A stretch of DNA of 46,071 bases, from the NCBI GenBank assembly GCA_009922585.1, contig RFVE01000001.1, forward strand, positions 1 to 46,071, given 5' to 3'. The stretch's first letter is position 1, and each line of letters begins with the position of its first letter. The notes under the pieces are model-generated. The model worked only from the letters and a program-made list of their open reading frames with translations, was not told where the DNA came from and searched no databases. Origin of the DNA: Planctomycetia bacterium. GTDB taxonomy: Bacteria; Planctomycetota; Planctomycetia; Pirellulales; UBA1268. This document shows positions 27,702 to 36,183 of this stretch, one piece after another. A program made the translations under genes and the position numbers.

Positions 27702-30700
27702 ATGCACATTGAACGGCTGGAGATTGAACAGTTTGGCGGGCTCGAAGATGTCACCATCGATGGGCTCGGCCGGGGCGTGCAGGTTCTGCACGGCACGAAC
27801 GAAATCGGAAAGACCTCACTGCTGGAATTTGTCCGGGCAATCTTCTTCGGCTTCGAAGGCCTCTTCCGCCGTGGCGTGCTTGACCCGCAGCGGCCCTGCA
27901 GCGGACGGTTGGTGGTGACAATCGGCCGGGGACCGCGGGGAGAACGCGAGCGGCACCGGTTCCTGATTGAACGCCGGCATGAAGGACCTGAAATCGCCAG
28001 CCTTACCCGGGCCAGCTACGAGGACGGCATTGTCGGCCTCGGTGGTGACGAAGGCGACCTCGTGACCATTGAGCGACTCGATAACCACCACGATGCCGAC
28101 CAACGGATCTACCTCCAGGACCTCGTCGGAGATATCGACGAAGCCACCTTCACCAACGTGATGGCCTTTGGGCTCGACGAACTGCATGAACTACGAACCC
28201 TCGAGCCGGAGGGCTGCGGAAGTCGGCTTTACGAACTTGCCAACGGTCTTGATCGCTCGCGGGTTGCTGGCACGCTTCGCCATATCGAAGAGGCGATCGC
28301 CCGGCTGGAGCAGGGAGACGGCGATGCCAACGAGCCACCCCTGAAAGCACTTCAACGACAGCGGCAGGAACTCCGCGAGCTGATCGAGACCGATACCGCC
28401 GCCACGATTGGTGACCTGTTTGTCGAACAGACACGGTTGGAACGCGAGGCCGATGGCCTGGCGGCAGCGGTTGACCGGGCCAGGCGGTCCGAGGGACTGA
28501 TCCGGGCAGCGGTGCCAGCAGGTGAACTTCACAGCACCTGGAGAAGGCTCACCGCCGAGTTGGAGGCCCTGAAGCTTGTCACCCTTGTCCACCCCGACTA
28601 CGACGGCTGGCGACAGGATGTCAAAGGGCGGCGCCGAGCCGCCCGCCTGGCCGAGAAGCGGCGGCAGGAACGGCGACGGCTGGCGCGGGAACTGGCTGAC
28701 GTCCCTGCCGAGAACGTGATTTGGGAGAAGCGCTCGGCCATTTCGGCACTCAATGATGAGCGGCCGCAACTGGAGCGACTGGTTGCCGATGCCAGCCGGG
28801 CCGAGGCCCATGCCAGACTGGCCGCCCGCAGGTTTGGCGAGCAAGTTGGGCTCTGCGGTCTCGCCAAACTTGTTCAGGTCGATCAGCTTGATGCCGCTGA
28901 CGACGGACTTGGTGTGTTGCTGCCGGAAGGGCTCTCGCTCTCCTTCGGGCCCCTGCGGAACCGGGCCCGGCGGTGCAAGGCGGCATCCCGCGGAGTGGCG
29001 AAGGCCCGCGCCCGACTTTCGCGTGCAAAAAAAAGGCTGCAGCAGGCCGAAGGCCGGGTTCAGGGGGCCGAGGCATCACTTGGCGGCCTGAGCCTGACTG
29101 CCGCCATCGAGGCGGCCACCGAACAGGCGACGGCGACTCGAAAACGCCTGGCCATCGGAAAGCGAGTGGAAGAACTGCAGGCAACAACCGCTCAACTGGA
29201 GCGGGAGATGGGTCGACAGCTTGAGGGGCAAGTGCTGCCGATGAACTGGCTACTCGGCCTTGGCGGTGTCTTTGTCGTCGGCGCTGGCATGCTGCTCTCA
29301 GGACTGCTGCTGCCGGCGGTGGTCACCGGACCGCTGGCGTACGTGATCGCAGCCCTCGGGCTTGCGGGGACCGGCGTGGCCTCGGTGATGACCTGGTCGC
29401 TTGACAAGTCAGCAGGAGTCAAGCTCGACGAGCTCAGACGGCAGCACGACCTCGCCCAGCAGCAGCAGGCCGAGGCGGTCAGCCAGTGCGAGACTCTCGA
29501 CCGGACAATCGCCAAGGCGGCCCGCCAACTCGCCATCACGGCCACCGACGATGTTCCACGGTTCGAGCATGGTGGTGATCTTGAACGACGGGCCGCCCAG
29601 GCTGACGCCGAGATCGCCCGGCTGGAACAGCTGGCTGGCCGGGAGGGTACCCTGCCCGTTTTCAACGAACGGGTTGAAGCTGCTCGGCAGGGATTGAAAC
29701 GAGCCATTGGCCGCCGCAAATCGGCGGTGGCCCGCTGGAAAAAGTCACTCGAACAGCGGGGGCTGCCAGCCACCCTCAGCCCGGCTGAGGTTTGGCGAAT
29801 CGGCACCCATCGCCATGAACTGCTGGCCCTTGATGATGACCGCCGTCGGCTTTCGGACGAGGCTCGGCAGAAGCGGGAAGAACTCACGGCCGCTGCCCGT
29901 CGCATCGACGCAGTGATGGTTGAATGCAACCTCGTGCCCGAGGGAACGCCACTTGACCATCTCCAGCAGCTCGACGAATTGCTCGATCAGCAGCGGCGGA
30001 TTCACGACCAGCGGCAGTCCCTCAGTCGAAAACTTGACCGATCCCGGCTGCGTCACCGGCAGGCGATCCGGCAACTCCGGGCCTGCGACCGTGGCCTCCG
30101 GGCCTGGCTGGAACGCTGGGAAGTTGAAACCGAAGAGGACTTTCTGGCCCAGGTTGATCGCCGCCCGGCCTTTGACCAGCTCGAACGAGATACTGCCATT
30201 GCCGAACGCAGCTGGCTCGACGCACGGGCCCGATTTGCTGAACCCGATCTGCTCGACGAATGGCTCGGTGATCAGTCTGAACTGCCACTGCAGCAGAGGC
30301 TGGAAGATGCCGAAGCAGCTTCCACCGAATTAACGCAGACACTCGCCAGCCGCCGGCAACAGCTCGACCGTCTCACCGAGCGAATCGCACTGGCTGAAGT
30401 TGATGACGACCGTGAGCGAAAGCAGCGACAGCTCGCTCGGATCGAGGCAGCGATTGCCGAGCACGAGCGGCGGTCGCGGCTGCTCCACCGCACGCACGAT
30501 CTACTGGAAAAAACCCGAGCAGAGGTCGCTCGCCACCATCAGCCAGCGGCGCTGCAGGAGGCGTCACACTGGCTCAAACAGCTGACCGAGGGGCGTTACG
30601 TCAGGATTACCACAGCCGTCGACGAGGCACGACTCGATGTCCACGATGCATCCGGTACGGTCTGGAATCCTGAGCGGCTCAGCCGAGGCACCCGTGAACA

Positions 30701-31070
30701 GGTCTTTCTGGCCCTGCGGTTGGCCCTGGTTCGCAGCCTGCACGAGCACGGCGTCGTGCTGCCGGTCGTGATGGATGATGCCCTGGTCAACTTTGACGAT
30801 ACCCGCGCCCGAGCAGCGGCCCGCACGCTGGTCGCATTCATGGCTGATCAGGCGGGGGATCGGCAGATGCTCGTGCTCACCTGCCACGCCCATGTTGCCG
30901 CATTGTTTGAAGACGCGAAGGCAACTGTTCGCTTCCTCGGGCCGGCACCACCGCGACGAACCGTTCCGACACGTCTGACAACGGCTCCGGCCCCAACACC
31001 CCGGGTGTCCTCCGAGTCCTGGCCGGCCGAAGAGTTCTTTTTTGGTTCAGGCCAAGGCCGAAACCAGTAG
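27702..31070 (+). CDS. Rad50/SbcC/YhaN-type AAA ATPase with central membrane hairpin (1122 aa)
   Basis: N-terminus MHIERLEIEQFGGLEDVTI...LHGTNEIGKTSLLE (Walker A). Long Arg/Glu/Leu/Gln coiled-coil arms. Two hydrophobic helices at residues ~513-566. C-terminal signature LSRGTREQ, Walker B LPVVMDDALVNFD and LTCH. The ATG at 27702 is chosen over the track start at 27624. Confidence 0.85.
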   Translation: MHIERLEIEQFGGLEDVTIDGLGRGVQVLHGTNEIGKTSLLEFVRAIFFGFEGLFRRGVLDPQRPCSGRLVVTIGRGPRGERERHRFLIERRHEGPEIASLTRASYEDGIVGLGGDEGDLVTIERLDNHHDADQRIYLQDLVGDIDEATFTNVMAFGLDELHELRTLEPEGCGSRLYELANGLDRSRVAGTLRHIEEAIARLEQGDGDANEPPLKALQRQRQELRELIETDTAATIGDLFVEQTRLEREADGLAAAVDRARRSEGLIRAAVPAGELHSTWRRLTAELEALKLVTLVHPDYDGWRQDVKGRRRAARLAEKRRQERRRLARELADVPAENVIWEKRSAISALNDERPQLERLVADASRAEAHARLAARRFGEQVGLCGLAKLVQVDQLDAADDGLGVLLPEGLSLSFGPLRNRARRCKAASRGVAKARARLSRAKKRLQQAEGRVQGAEASLGGLSLTAAIEAATEQATATRKRLAIGKRVEELQATTAQLEREMGRQLEGQVLPMNWLLGLGGVFVVGAGMLLSGLLLPAVVTGPLAYVIAALGLAGTGVASVMTWSLDKSAGVKLDELRRQHDLAQQQQAEAVSQCETLDRTIAKAARQLAITATDDVPRFEHGGDLERRAAQADAEIARLEQLAGREGTLPVFNERVEAARQGLKRAIGRRKSAVARWKKSLEQRGLPATLSPAEVWRIGTHRHELLALDDDRRRLSDEARQKREELTAAARRIDAVMVECNLVPEGTPLDHLQQLDELLDQQRRIHDQRQSLSRKLDRSRLRHRQAIRQLRACDRGLRAWLERWEVETEEDFLAQVDRRPAFDQLERDTAIAERSWLDARARFAEPDLLDEWLGDQSELPLQQRLEDAEAASTELTQTLASRRQQLDRLTERIALAEVDDDRERKQRQLARIEAAIAEHERRSRLLHRTHDLLEKTRAEVARHHQPAALQEASHWLKQLTEGRYVRITTAVDEARLDVHDASGTVWNPERLSRGTREQVFLALRLALVRSLHEHGVVLPVVMDDALVNFDDTRARAAARTLVAFMADQAGDRQMLVLTCHAHVAALFEDAKATVRFLGPAPPRRTVPTRLTTAPAPTPRVSSESWPAEEFFFGSGQGRNQ

Positions 31071-31081
31071 CAAACCCGCGG

Positions 31082-31558
31082 CTATGACAGCCCTGGCAGC
31101 CGGTCACGGACGAGGCTCAGGTAGCGGGTCCGCATACCGCCGAGCAGAATGCCAAGGTAGGCATTCCCCCCAAGCGAAAGAAACAGCGCCACAAGCGTGC
31201 CGATCAGAAGCGACCACGGGCGTTCCTCAGCTGGCGATTCCTCAGCCGGCGATTCTGCGGCGGTCATGGTTCCCGCCGCGGTTGGCCGGGGTCGAGCCGC
31301 AGCCTCGATGACGCTCCGCTCCACCGTCGCCGGCCAACGATCAGCGACGTAAATGCAGACACGGCGGACATCCCGGCTGTCGGCCGGCACATCGCTGGAG
31401 AATGTATAGGGACTGCGGCCGGCGACCAGATCAGGTTCGACCCGAACGAGATAGTCCCCACCGCCTGTCTCTGCTGGAACGTAGGCCGTTTCGATACCCG
31501 TGGCCAGCATGGCAGCGGTCAGACAGAGGAATTTGAGCAACATCGTTATGCCTTTCAA
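31082..31558 (-). CDS. small secreted/membrane-anchored hypothetical protein
   Basis: Signal peptide MLLKFLCLTAAMLATG, an AESPAEESPAEE repeat, and a C-terminal TM segment WSLLIGTLVALFLSLGGNAYLGILLGG. Convergent with the ATPase gene. Confidence 0.45.
   Translation of the reverse strand: MKGITMLLKFLCLTAAMLATGIETAYVPAETGGGDYLVRVEPDLVAGRSPYTFSSDVPADSRDVRRVCIYVADRWPATVERSVIEAAARPRPTAAGTMTAAESPAEESPAEERPWSLLIGTLVALFLSLGGNAYLGILLGGMRTRYLSLVRDRLPGLS
31224..31257. repeat. 15-nt tandem repeat (about 2.3 copies) inside the small ORF
   Basis: TTCCTCAGCTGGCGA / TTCCTCAGCCGGCGA / TTCT..., which encodes the SPAEE repeat on the minus strand. Confidence 0.5.
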
Positions 31559-31599
31559 CGCTGGGGTCGGCCAGTCAGCCTCCTACCGATGATTCTATT

Positions 31600-32682
31600 T
31601 CACCCTCGGCTGGGCGGTTCATGCAACTCGGCTGTGGCCACAGCCGCCTGACGGTCTTCGGCGAGCGTGCCAAGCTCAGTCTGAAGCATCGTCAGGGCTG
31701 CCTGCAGAAAGGCCACGGCAATGGGGCCGACGAAGATGCCGATCGGGCCGAGCGCACCAACCCCACCCAGCACACTGAGCAGAGCCAGCAGCGGGTGGAG
31801 CTTTGACTGACCGTGAAGGACGATCGGCTTGATCACATTGTCGATCGTTGAGACGACCGACACCCCCCAGAGAGCGAGCCCGACAGCAGCCCAGGTATCT
31901 TTGACAAAAAATAGCAGGTAGAGACTCGCCCCACCCCAGACCGCCGCCGCGCCGACAAAGGGAATCATCGCCGCAAAGAAGGTGAGCAGGGTGAGCAGAA
32001 AAACCGTTTCGAGCCCCGCGAAGTAGAAACCAAAGCCAGCCAGTACAGCCTGGACAATGGCTGCCAAAAGCGTCGAACTGACAACCGCCCGACTGATCTC
32101 CTCAAACTCCTCGAGCAACTGCCATTGATACCGCTGATCAAGCGGGATCAGCCGGGTGACCGCGGCGAACATCCGCGAACCATCGGCAAGAAAATAAAAC
32201 AGTGAAACTGTCATGACGATCACGCCAATGATCAGCTTGATGATGACAACCGGGGCACCAGTGGCAATCGGACCGAACAGATCCTCTGCCAGCTTTCGCA
32301 ACTCGGCGTTGACGTCATCTGCGGTAAGGTGAAGCCCGGTCGCCTCGTTGAACGAGGTGATGAATCCATCAAGGATCGCCGGGTCAAGCCGCAGGCCGGA
32401 TGGACTTTTGAGCATGGCCACTGCATCACCGCCTGCACGGATCACCAGTAACGCCAGCGGCACCAACACGATCAGCAGCACAAAACCGGTGGTCAGCCCG
32501 GCCGCCACCCAGTCGGGACTTCGTAAGGCCTGCCGCAGCCAGCGGTAGAGCGGTCCAAAGATCACGACCAGCATGGCCGCCAACAGCAGCGGCAGTAGGA
32601 AGCCCGCCATCACCCGGAGCGACAGCAGGCCAAAGACCGCAATCAGGCCGAGAATAACACCGAGAGAAATCAGGCGGGCCAT
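31600..32682 (-). CDS. AI-2E family transporter (PerM/UPF0118)
   Basis: Polytopic. FFAAMIPFVGAAAVWGGASLYLLF and IDNVIKPIVLHGQSKLHPLLALLSVLGGVGALGPIGIFVGP are typical of the family. The internal ATG at 32682 (MARLISLGVILG) is preferred to the track start at 32859. Confidence 0.85.
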   Translation of the reverse strand: MARLISLGVILGLIAVFGLLSLRVMAGFLLPLLLAAMLVVIFGPLYRWLRQALRSPDWVAAGLTTGFVLLIVLVPLALLVIRAGGDAVAMLKSPSGLRLDPAILDGFITSFNEATGLHLTADDVNAELRKLAEDLFGPIATGAPVVIIKLIIGVIVMTVSLFYFLADGSRMFAAVTRLIPLDQRYQWQLLEEFEEISRAVVSSTLLAAIVQAVLAGFGFYFAGLETVFLLTLLTFFAAMIPFVGAAAVWGGASLYLLFFVKDTWAAVGLALWGVSVVSTIDNVIKPIVLHGQSKLHPLLALLSVLGGVGALGPIGIFVGPIAVAFLQAALTMLQTELGTLAEDRQAAVATAELHEPPSRG

Positions 32683-32862
32683 AAGTGCAGACGTCGCTTC
32701 CCGAGGAAAAGGATGTGACCGGCGAAAATCCCGATTGTAGGCAACCCCTCGTGGAATCGGGAACAACGGCTGTTTTCGGGTCGAACCCGACCGCCTCTCC
32801 GTGCCATACTCGCCGCTGCCGCAGCAGCCCGCCGCCTCCCGCCCCTCAATCTCTTGCAATCC

Positions 32863-35193
32863 ATGCCGAAGACGCCCCCGAATTCCCCGCAGGTCACCCT
32901 CGTCATCCCGGTGCGGAACGAAGCTGGCAACATTGGCCCACTGCTCACGGAAATAGCTACGGCACTCGACGCCGCTGGCTTCCGCTGGGAGGTGCTGGTG
33001 ATCGATGACGGCTCGACCGACGGCTCGGCCACCGAGGTCACTGCAGCAACTGCCAACGACAGCCGGATTGTCTGCCTGCCGCTGACCAATGGTTCTGGAA
33101 AATCGGCAGCCCTCGCCCTCGGTTTTGCCAGGGCCGAGGGGACAGCCGTGGTGATGCTCGATGGCGACGGCCAGGACGATCCGGCGGAAATCCCCTGCAT
33201 GCTGGCCCAGCTTGGCCTTGCGTCAACGGGCCAGTTGCCACCGGTGGCCCCGGCCGATCTGGTCAATGGCTGGAAAACCCCACGACTCGACCCCTGGCAT
33301 AAGACCATGCCCTCACGGGTCTTCAACCTGCTGGTCAGCTGGTTGACCGGGCTCTGGCTGCATGATCACAACTGTGGCTTGAAGGCGATGCACCGAGAGC
33401 TTGCTCGGCAGCTTCCGCTCACGACTGGGATGCATCGATTCATTCCGGTGCTGGCGGCGGCGGCTGGTGGCCGGGTCGTGGAGCAGCCAGTCCATCACCG
33501 GCCCCGCACGCGGGGCGTTTCAAAATACGGGTTCACCCGTTTTTTCCATGGCCTCTTCGACCTCATCCGCGTCTGGCTGGCCCTGCAAACCGGTCGGCTG
33601 CCGACAAAGCCGGGGCACCAGGCGGCTGCCGACCGCACCCGTGGCCTGCGGTGGACCATCTACGGGCTGCTTGCCGCCGTCGCACTGGGTGGTGTGCTAG
33701 GCCGAATTGGCACGGTGGCAAGCGTCGATCGCCTGGCCCTGGAGAAACGGCTGATCGATGACGCGGTGAAACGCAGATTGGCCAGAGCAGCTGACACTGG
33801 TGGCCCGGTCGATCCGACGGCGATTCGGCAGGAACTGACCGAAACGATCCGAACCGAGAAACGACTGTTGCGACCGTTCCTCTCGGGCAACGACCGTAGT
33901 CGCTGGCTCACGATTCGCAGCCTGGTTGAACGGGGCAGCTTCGCCATTGAAGAACTGGTCACCGAGCCCGGCTGGGACACGATTGACGCCGTGGTCCACC
34001 CCGGTGCCGATGGTCAGTTGCATCTCTACTCAAGCAAGCCCCCATTGCTGCCGGTGTTACTCGCTGGGCCATATTGGCTGGTCCACCGTCTGACTGGCTG
34101 GACGCTGGGCGACCATCCCTTCGAACTCGGTCGCCTGCTGCTGGTGTTCTTCGGTTTGCTGCCCCTGGCAGTCACGATGCTAGCGGGATTTGGCTGCATC
34201 GACCGGGTGGGCCGGACCGACCAGGGCCGACTCTGGGCAGCTGCGGTCATCGCCTGCGGCACCCTGCTCAATACCTTCGCCGTGGTGCTCAACAATCATC
34301 TGTTCGCTGCGGCATGTGCTGCAGTCAGTCTCTGGGCGGTACTACCGATTCTGCTGGACGGCCGCCGGGGCTGGGGCTGGTTTGTTACTGCTGGTCTGGC
34401 GGCGGGGCTGGCAGCCGCCTGCGAACTGCCAGCGCTTGCCTGGACGGCAGCGGTAGTCGGGCTGCTGGCGGCCTGCGACTGGCGGCGGACGGTGATCGCA
34501 GCCGTTCCGGCGGTTGCCCTGGTGGCCGTTGCCGCCATTGGCACCAACACCCTGGCCCATGGCACACCACTGCCGGCCTATGCCTTCCGAAGTTCGACAC
34601 CGACCACCGTGCCGGCGGTCACAGCCAGCATGCAGCCACCGGACCAACCCCATGAATGGAACCCCGACAACTGGTATGACTATCGGTTCACGTTACCAAA
34701 CGGCAGGGTGATCGAGAGCTACTGGCGGAACCCGCAGGGGATTGACCGGGGAGAGCCTTCGCTTGCCGTCTATGCGTTCCATTCGCTGGTAGGGCATCAT
34801 GGCATGGTGTCGTTGACCCCCGCCTGGCTGTTGCTGGTTCCAGGGCTGATACTGCTGCGCCGGCGGCCTGGTCCTGGGTGGCAGCTGCTGGCAATGACGA
34901 TCGGCCTGGTCAGCCTGGTGGTGATCACTTTTTATCTGACCCGACAGCCGCTCGACCGGAACTACGGCGGGACATCAAGCGGATTCCGCTGGGTTTTTTG
35001 GCTGGCACCGTTGTGGGCGTTTGCCATCACGCCAGCAGCCGACCGCCTGCAGGCCGGCCGGTTGGGCTTCGGCCTCATGCTGGTTCTGCTGGGACTGTCG
35101 GTGGTCTCAGTAGCGGCTCCAACCTGGAGTCCTTGGACGCTTCCCTGGCTGCAGCAATGGCTCAACCATCTGGGCTGGTTATCTTCGGGCTGA
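32863..35193 (+). CDS. fusion protein: GT2 polyprenyl-phosphate glycosyltransferase (GtrB/ArnC/DPM1-like) + GT-C (ArnT/PMT-like) polytopic glycosyltransferase
   Basis: N-part: VTLVIPVRNEAGNI, VLVIDDGSTDGS, MLDGDGQDDP and RGVSKYGF, plus two TM segments. C-part: DRSRWLTIRSLVERGSFAIE...LYSSKPPLLPVLLAGPYW resembles the ArnT/PMT (D/E)xRY...KPPL entry motif, followed by about ten TM helices. The ATG at 32863 is preferred (track: TTG at 32854). Confidence 0.75.
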   Translation: MPKTPPNSPQVTLVIPVRNEAGNIGPLLTEIATALDAAGFRWEVLVIDDGSTDGSATEVTAATANDSRIVCLPLTNGSGKSAALALGFARAEGTAVVMLDGDGQDDPAEIPCMLAQLGLASTGQLPPVAPADLVNGWKTPRLDPWHKTMPSRVFNLLVSWLTGLWLHDHNCGLKAMHRELARQLPLTTGMHRFIPVLAAAAGGRVVEQPVHHRPRTRGVSKYGFTRFFHGLFDLIRVWLALQTGRLPTKPGHQAAADRTRGLRWTIYGLLAAVALGGVLGRIGTVASVDRLALEKRLIDDAVKRRLARAADTGGPVDPTAIRQELTETIRTEKRLLRPFLSGNDRSRWLTIRSLVERGSFAIEELVTEPGWDTIDAVVHPGADGQLHLYSSKPPLLPVLLAGPYWLVHRLTGWTLGDHPFELGRLLLVFFGLLPLAVTMLAGFGCIDRVGRTDQGRLWAAAVIACGTLLNTFAVVLNNHLFAAACAAVSLWAVLPILLDGRRGWGWFVTAGLAAGLAAACELPALAWTAAVVGLLAACDWRRTVIAAVPAVALVAVAAIGTNTLAHGTPLPAYAFRSSTPTTVPAVTASMQPPDQPHEWNPDNWYDYRFTLPNGRVIESYWRNPQGIDRGEPSLAVYAFHSLVGHHGMVSLTPAWLLLVPGLILLRRRPGPGWQLLAMTIGLVSLVVITFYLTRQPLDRNYGGTSSGFRWVFWLAPLWAFAITPAADRLQAGRLGFGLMLVLLGLSVVSVAAPTWSPWTLPWLQQWLNHLGWLSSG

Positions 35194-35413
35194 TGGCCGT
35201 CGAGTTGCGGCTTGCCGCCTGAGCCGAAGAATCTCATGCTTTCAGGCGTGTATGCCCCCTCATAGAGGTCGGTTGTGCGAGTCGGTGAACGGCTTCCAGC
35301 GGGGGGATGGGGTGTCAGACCGGGTGGTTTCGGTTTACATTGATTGCTGGAGGTGTGAATCTGCCCAAGAACCTTCCAGTGACATCAATCCTTCTGTTCG
35401 GAGATGACTTCCG

Positions 35414-35887
35414 ATGTCCCAGGCAACCACAATCAGGCTGGTGATCGTCGACGACCACGAGGTTGTGCGGGAGGGCCTGAAAGCCCTCTTTGACGAAACC
35501 GGTATTGAAGTTCTTGGGACGGCCGCCACCGGGGCTGAAGCCACGGACCTGTGTGCCCGCCTGCGGCCCGATGTCGTACTGCTTGATATTCGTGCGATCA
35601 AGGCCGCCGTGGAGGGCGGCTCGCCCCACCAGCGGGGTGAACTCCGGCTGATGACCAGCCGGATTGCCAACCGCACGCTACCGGACGGTATTGAGGTGCC
35701 GCTGACGCCGAGAGAGACCCAAGTACTCCGGGTAATCGCGATGGGGCTTTCCAACCAGGAGATCGCCGACGCCCTGACGATCAGTGTTGAGACGGTTAAA
35801 GAGCATGTGCAAAATCTGCTTCGCAAACTAGCGGTGAACGACCGCACTCAGGCGGCAGTCTGGGCCGTGCGGCAGGGCATCGGTTAG
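35414..35887 (+). CDS. NarL/FixJ-type response regulator with truncated receiver domain and LuxR HTH
   Basis: RLVIVDDHEVV...PDVVLLDIR (acidic pocket DD13-14, acceptor D58), then only ~36 residues before LTPRETQVLRVIAMGLSNQEIADALTISVETVKEHVQNLLRKL. 157 aa, against about 210 for the family. Confidence 0.8.
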   Translation: MSQATTIRLVIVDDHEVVREGLKALFDETGIEVLGTAATGAEATDLCARLRPDVVLLDIRAIKAAVEGGSPHQRGELRLMTSRIANRTLPDGIEVPLTPRETQVLRVIAMGLSNQEIADALTISVETVKEHVQNLLRKLAVNDRTQAAVWAVRQGIG

Positions 35888-35919
35888 CAGGTTTCGCCAA
35901 CAGTCTGCTGCCGCCCGGC

Positions 35920-36183
35920 TCACGGCGGGTCATGGCCACCGGGTTGCCAGGGGTGGCAGCGGCAGATCCGGCCGACGCCTTTGACCGTGCCTCGAATTGC
36001 TCCATATTTCCGGACGGCATCGGCAAAGTAACGACTGCAGGTCGGCTCGAAGCGGCAGTGCCTGCCCAGAAGAGGACTCAGGAGCAGACGATAGGCGGCA
36101 ACCAGCCCGAGGAGAGCCAAGACCGCCAGCCGATCGGCGGTCGCAGCCAGTCCTCGCGCCAGTTGCAGCAAACTGTCAGCCAT
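35920..36183 (-). CDS. yidD: membrane protein insertion efficiency factor
   Basis: CRFEPTCSRYFADAVRKYGAIRGTVKGVGRICRCHPWQPGGHDPP is the canonical YidD motif. It overlaps the rnpA end by 8 nt. Confidence 0.9.
   Translation of the reverse strand: MADSLLQLARGLAATADRLAVLALLGLVAAYRLLLSPLLGRHCRFEPTCSRYFADAVRKYGAIRGTVKGVGRICRCHPWQPGGHDPP

Noticed and set aside
29027-29034. Homopolymer tracts unusual for this GC content: A8 in the ATPase gene (29027-29034), T8 in the RHH gene (44803-44810) and A7 in the FHA gene (about 45826-45832).
   Set aside because: They could be slippage-prone, but each simply encodes Lys-Lys or Phe-Phe in frame. I have no evidence of length variation, so I do not consider them phase-variation switches.
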